Below are positions 62,300 to 64,000 of a DNA stretch of 64,000 bases, one piece after another (the stretch's first letter is position 1; each line of letters opens with the position of its first letter). The DNA comes from Chara braunii (lineage: Eukaryota; Plantae; Charophyceae), in the NCBI GenBank assembly GCA_003427395.1, contig BFEA01000033.1:5042324-5106323 (forward strand), read 5' to 3'. Under the pieces are notes generated by a model, which had not been told where the DNA came from, did no database searches, and was given only the letters and a program-made list of their open reading frames with translations. Both the position numbers and the translations under genes were made by a program.

Positions 62300-64000
62300 A
62301 CCTCCACTGGCTATTCAAGCCAACCCCCACCCCGACTACGTGGGGGTTGGCTACGGCGCTGGCCTTGGCAGCGCCCTCCCTTCTCGCATGACCGCACGCG
62401 CGCACACACCTGCCCATATACTAGCGCAGCAGCCCGCGAGCGCTGGCTCCAGCAGCGTTGCCGCATCTGCGCGTAAGTGCCCGACCCCCGACACGGAGCC
62501 CCGCCCCTTCCTATATGGAAAGTGGCGGGCACTTTTCACTTGTTCCCCGCGTGAGGCCCAGTTTCCAGTAGCTTCAGTCTCAGCCAAAGTGTCTGCGCCT
62601 AGGCCCATTCAGACAGTGGCCTGGGACCGAATTGGTTAGGCATGCCAAACCACCCAGGCACAAACATCGGGTGCTCCCTGCTTCGACCACGTTGTTGGAA
62701 GAGCCTGGAAGGTTCACACATATTTTGGATTCTCACGAGCAAGGCAAATGTAACCAGCTGGCGCGTGACAACTGTTTGGCGCCCAACAAGATTTGCAAAA
62801 ATTGACGAAGTCAGGGCACATTGCGATTCAGGGGGGCCACCTTCATTTCGGGCGGGCACGGGCCTGCTGCAGGGCCTTAAGCTGAGGGGTGAACCGTTAC
62901 ACTCCCCCCTCCTTTACTTCGATAGTCCTCTGAGAGCGTGTTACATGGCGGGCTGCTTCCCTTTCAAATTCCGATCACAACTTGAGATAATTTGGGGAGC
63001 AGTCTTCATTAACTCTTCTCTTGTGAACCACCGATCCTCTTCAGGATCAGAGTGGTGTTTGAAGCGAGCTAGATATCTGCGTTTTCGGAGGGCATCCCGT
63101 TCCCGGAGGTTTGAGCACAGGCATTGGCTTGTGTTCGACGATGTCGTCAATATCCACATGTCCGTCCATGTTTGGGGGCAGCATCGATCTTCTTGAGGGA
63201 AACTGATCAGTTTCAGCGAAGGTTGCCAACATAGATGCATGGAAAACAGGGTGTGTACGGAGGTGATCAGGGATGCTAATGACATATGATGGACCATCTG
63301 GCTGATCTCCTACGATATCCAGAACGTTCCAGAGTTCGAAAAATACGGTGGCGTCAGTTTATGAGAGATTCCCAGCTCCTGTCCCAACTCAGATGACTCA
63401 CCCCAGACTCGCTCACCTGCCTCAAATACAGAGGGCCGTCTGTGTCTGTTCTCAGATGCTACCAAGGCATCCCGAGATTTCTTAATGTGCTCAACGGTGT
63501 GCTGCAGCATCTGTTCGTACTTGACGGCAAACTCTGTGCTGCCCGGTGCTGCATTTGGATGATTTTCGGGTAACAGGAAGTCACAAGCAGATCTGGGCTT
63601 TTCCAACCAAAATGCAGCTGGTTTTGGGTCTTACCGGTTGTGGTGTGCACATCATTGTTGTACAGGCAGGCGATGAAAGGTAACTTCTCATCCCAGTCAT
63701 CTCGACTTGGCTTCATATAATGCCGAAGCAAGTGCTGCACTACCCGGTTCATCTGCTCGGCCTGCTCGTTTGACTCAGGGTGGTTCCATGATGTCATTTG
63801 CAGTCGGGTGCCCATTTGTTGGGCTGTACTTACAATGGACTTCAGGAGACCGAAGTCAGGTACCCAGTTGTCCATGAACAGCTTGATGACGTGGTCAGTC
63901 CTAGCTGTCTAAGGCATAGTGATTAGTCTAGCATACTTACTGAACCTGTCCACAATGACGGAGATGTGCCTTTTCCGCTCTTGCTGGTCACAAGAGTATC
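62300..64000 (-). mobile_element. Gypsy integrase/chromodomain remnant with start of 3' LTR
   Basis: QMTSWNHPESNEQAEQMNRVVQHLLRHY..DDWDEKLP and RRYLARFKHHSDPEEDRWFT. PPT at 62902-62911 abuts TGTAAC on the minus strand (62901). Far LTR boundary uncertain. Confidence 0.85.

Overview
Eukaryotic, repeat-rich, gapped scaffold. A streptophyte alga such as Chara is a plausible source, inferred from the plant-type U6, a plastid rpoC2 fragment, TTTAGGG repeats and very large introns. The only host gene is a + strand oxysterol-binding protein (OSBP/ORP): six internal phase-0 exons, 395 codons, from 7136 to 59044, with the gene continuing beyond both window edges. Its introns (1 to ~30 kb) hold two related chromodomain-bearing Ty3/Gypsy elements with 4-bp TSDs, other Gypsy remnants, a probable DIRS remnant, a Penelope-like RT remnant, nested non-autonomous hAT-like elements and ~105-bp TA-flanked MITEs. 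Most notable: (i) three type III hammerhead ribozyme motifs with covarying stem III and palindromic stem I, beside (CA)n tracts, plus a second covarying RNA-like hairpin motif upstream; (ii) U6 snRNA-derived copies at five loci, one with a poly(A) tail and a perfect 15-bp TSD; (iii) a plastid rpoC2 fragment inside an LTR; (iv) a filler insert ending in telomeric repeats inside an integrase. Almost all other listed ORFs are low-complexity or antisense artefacts. All alignments were done by eye, so boundaries of degenerate elements are approximate.
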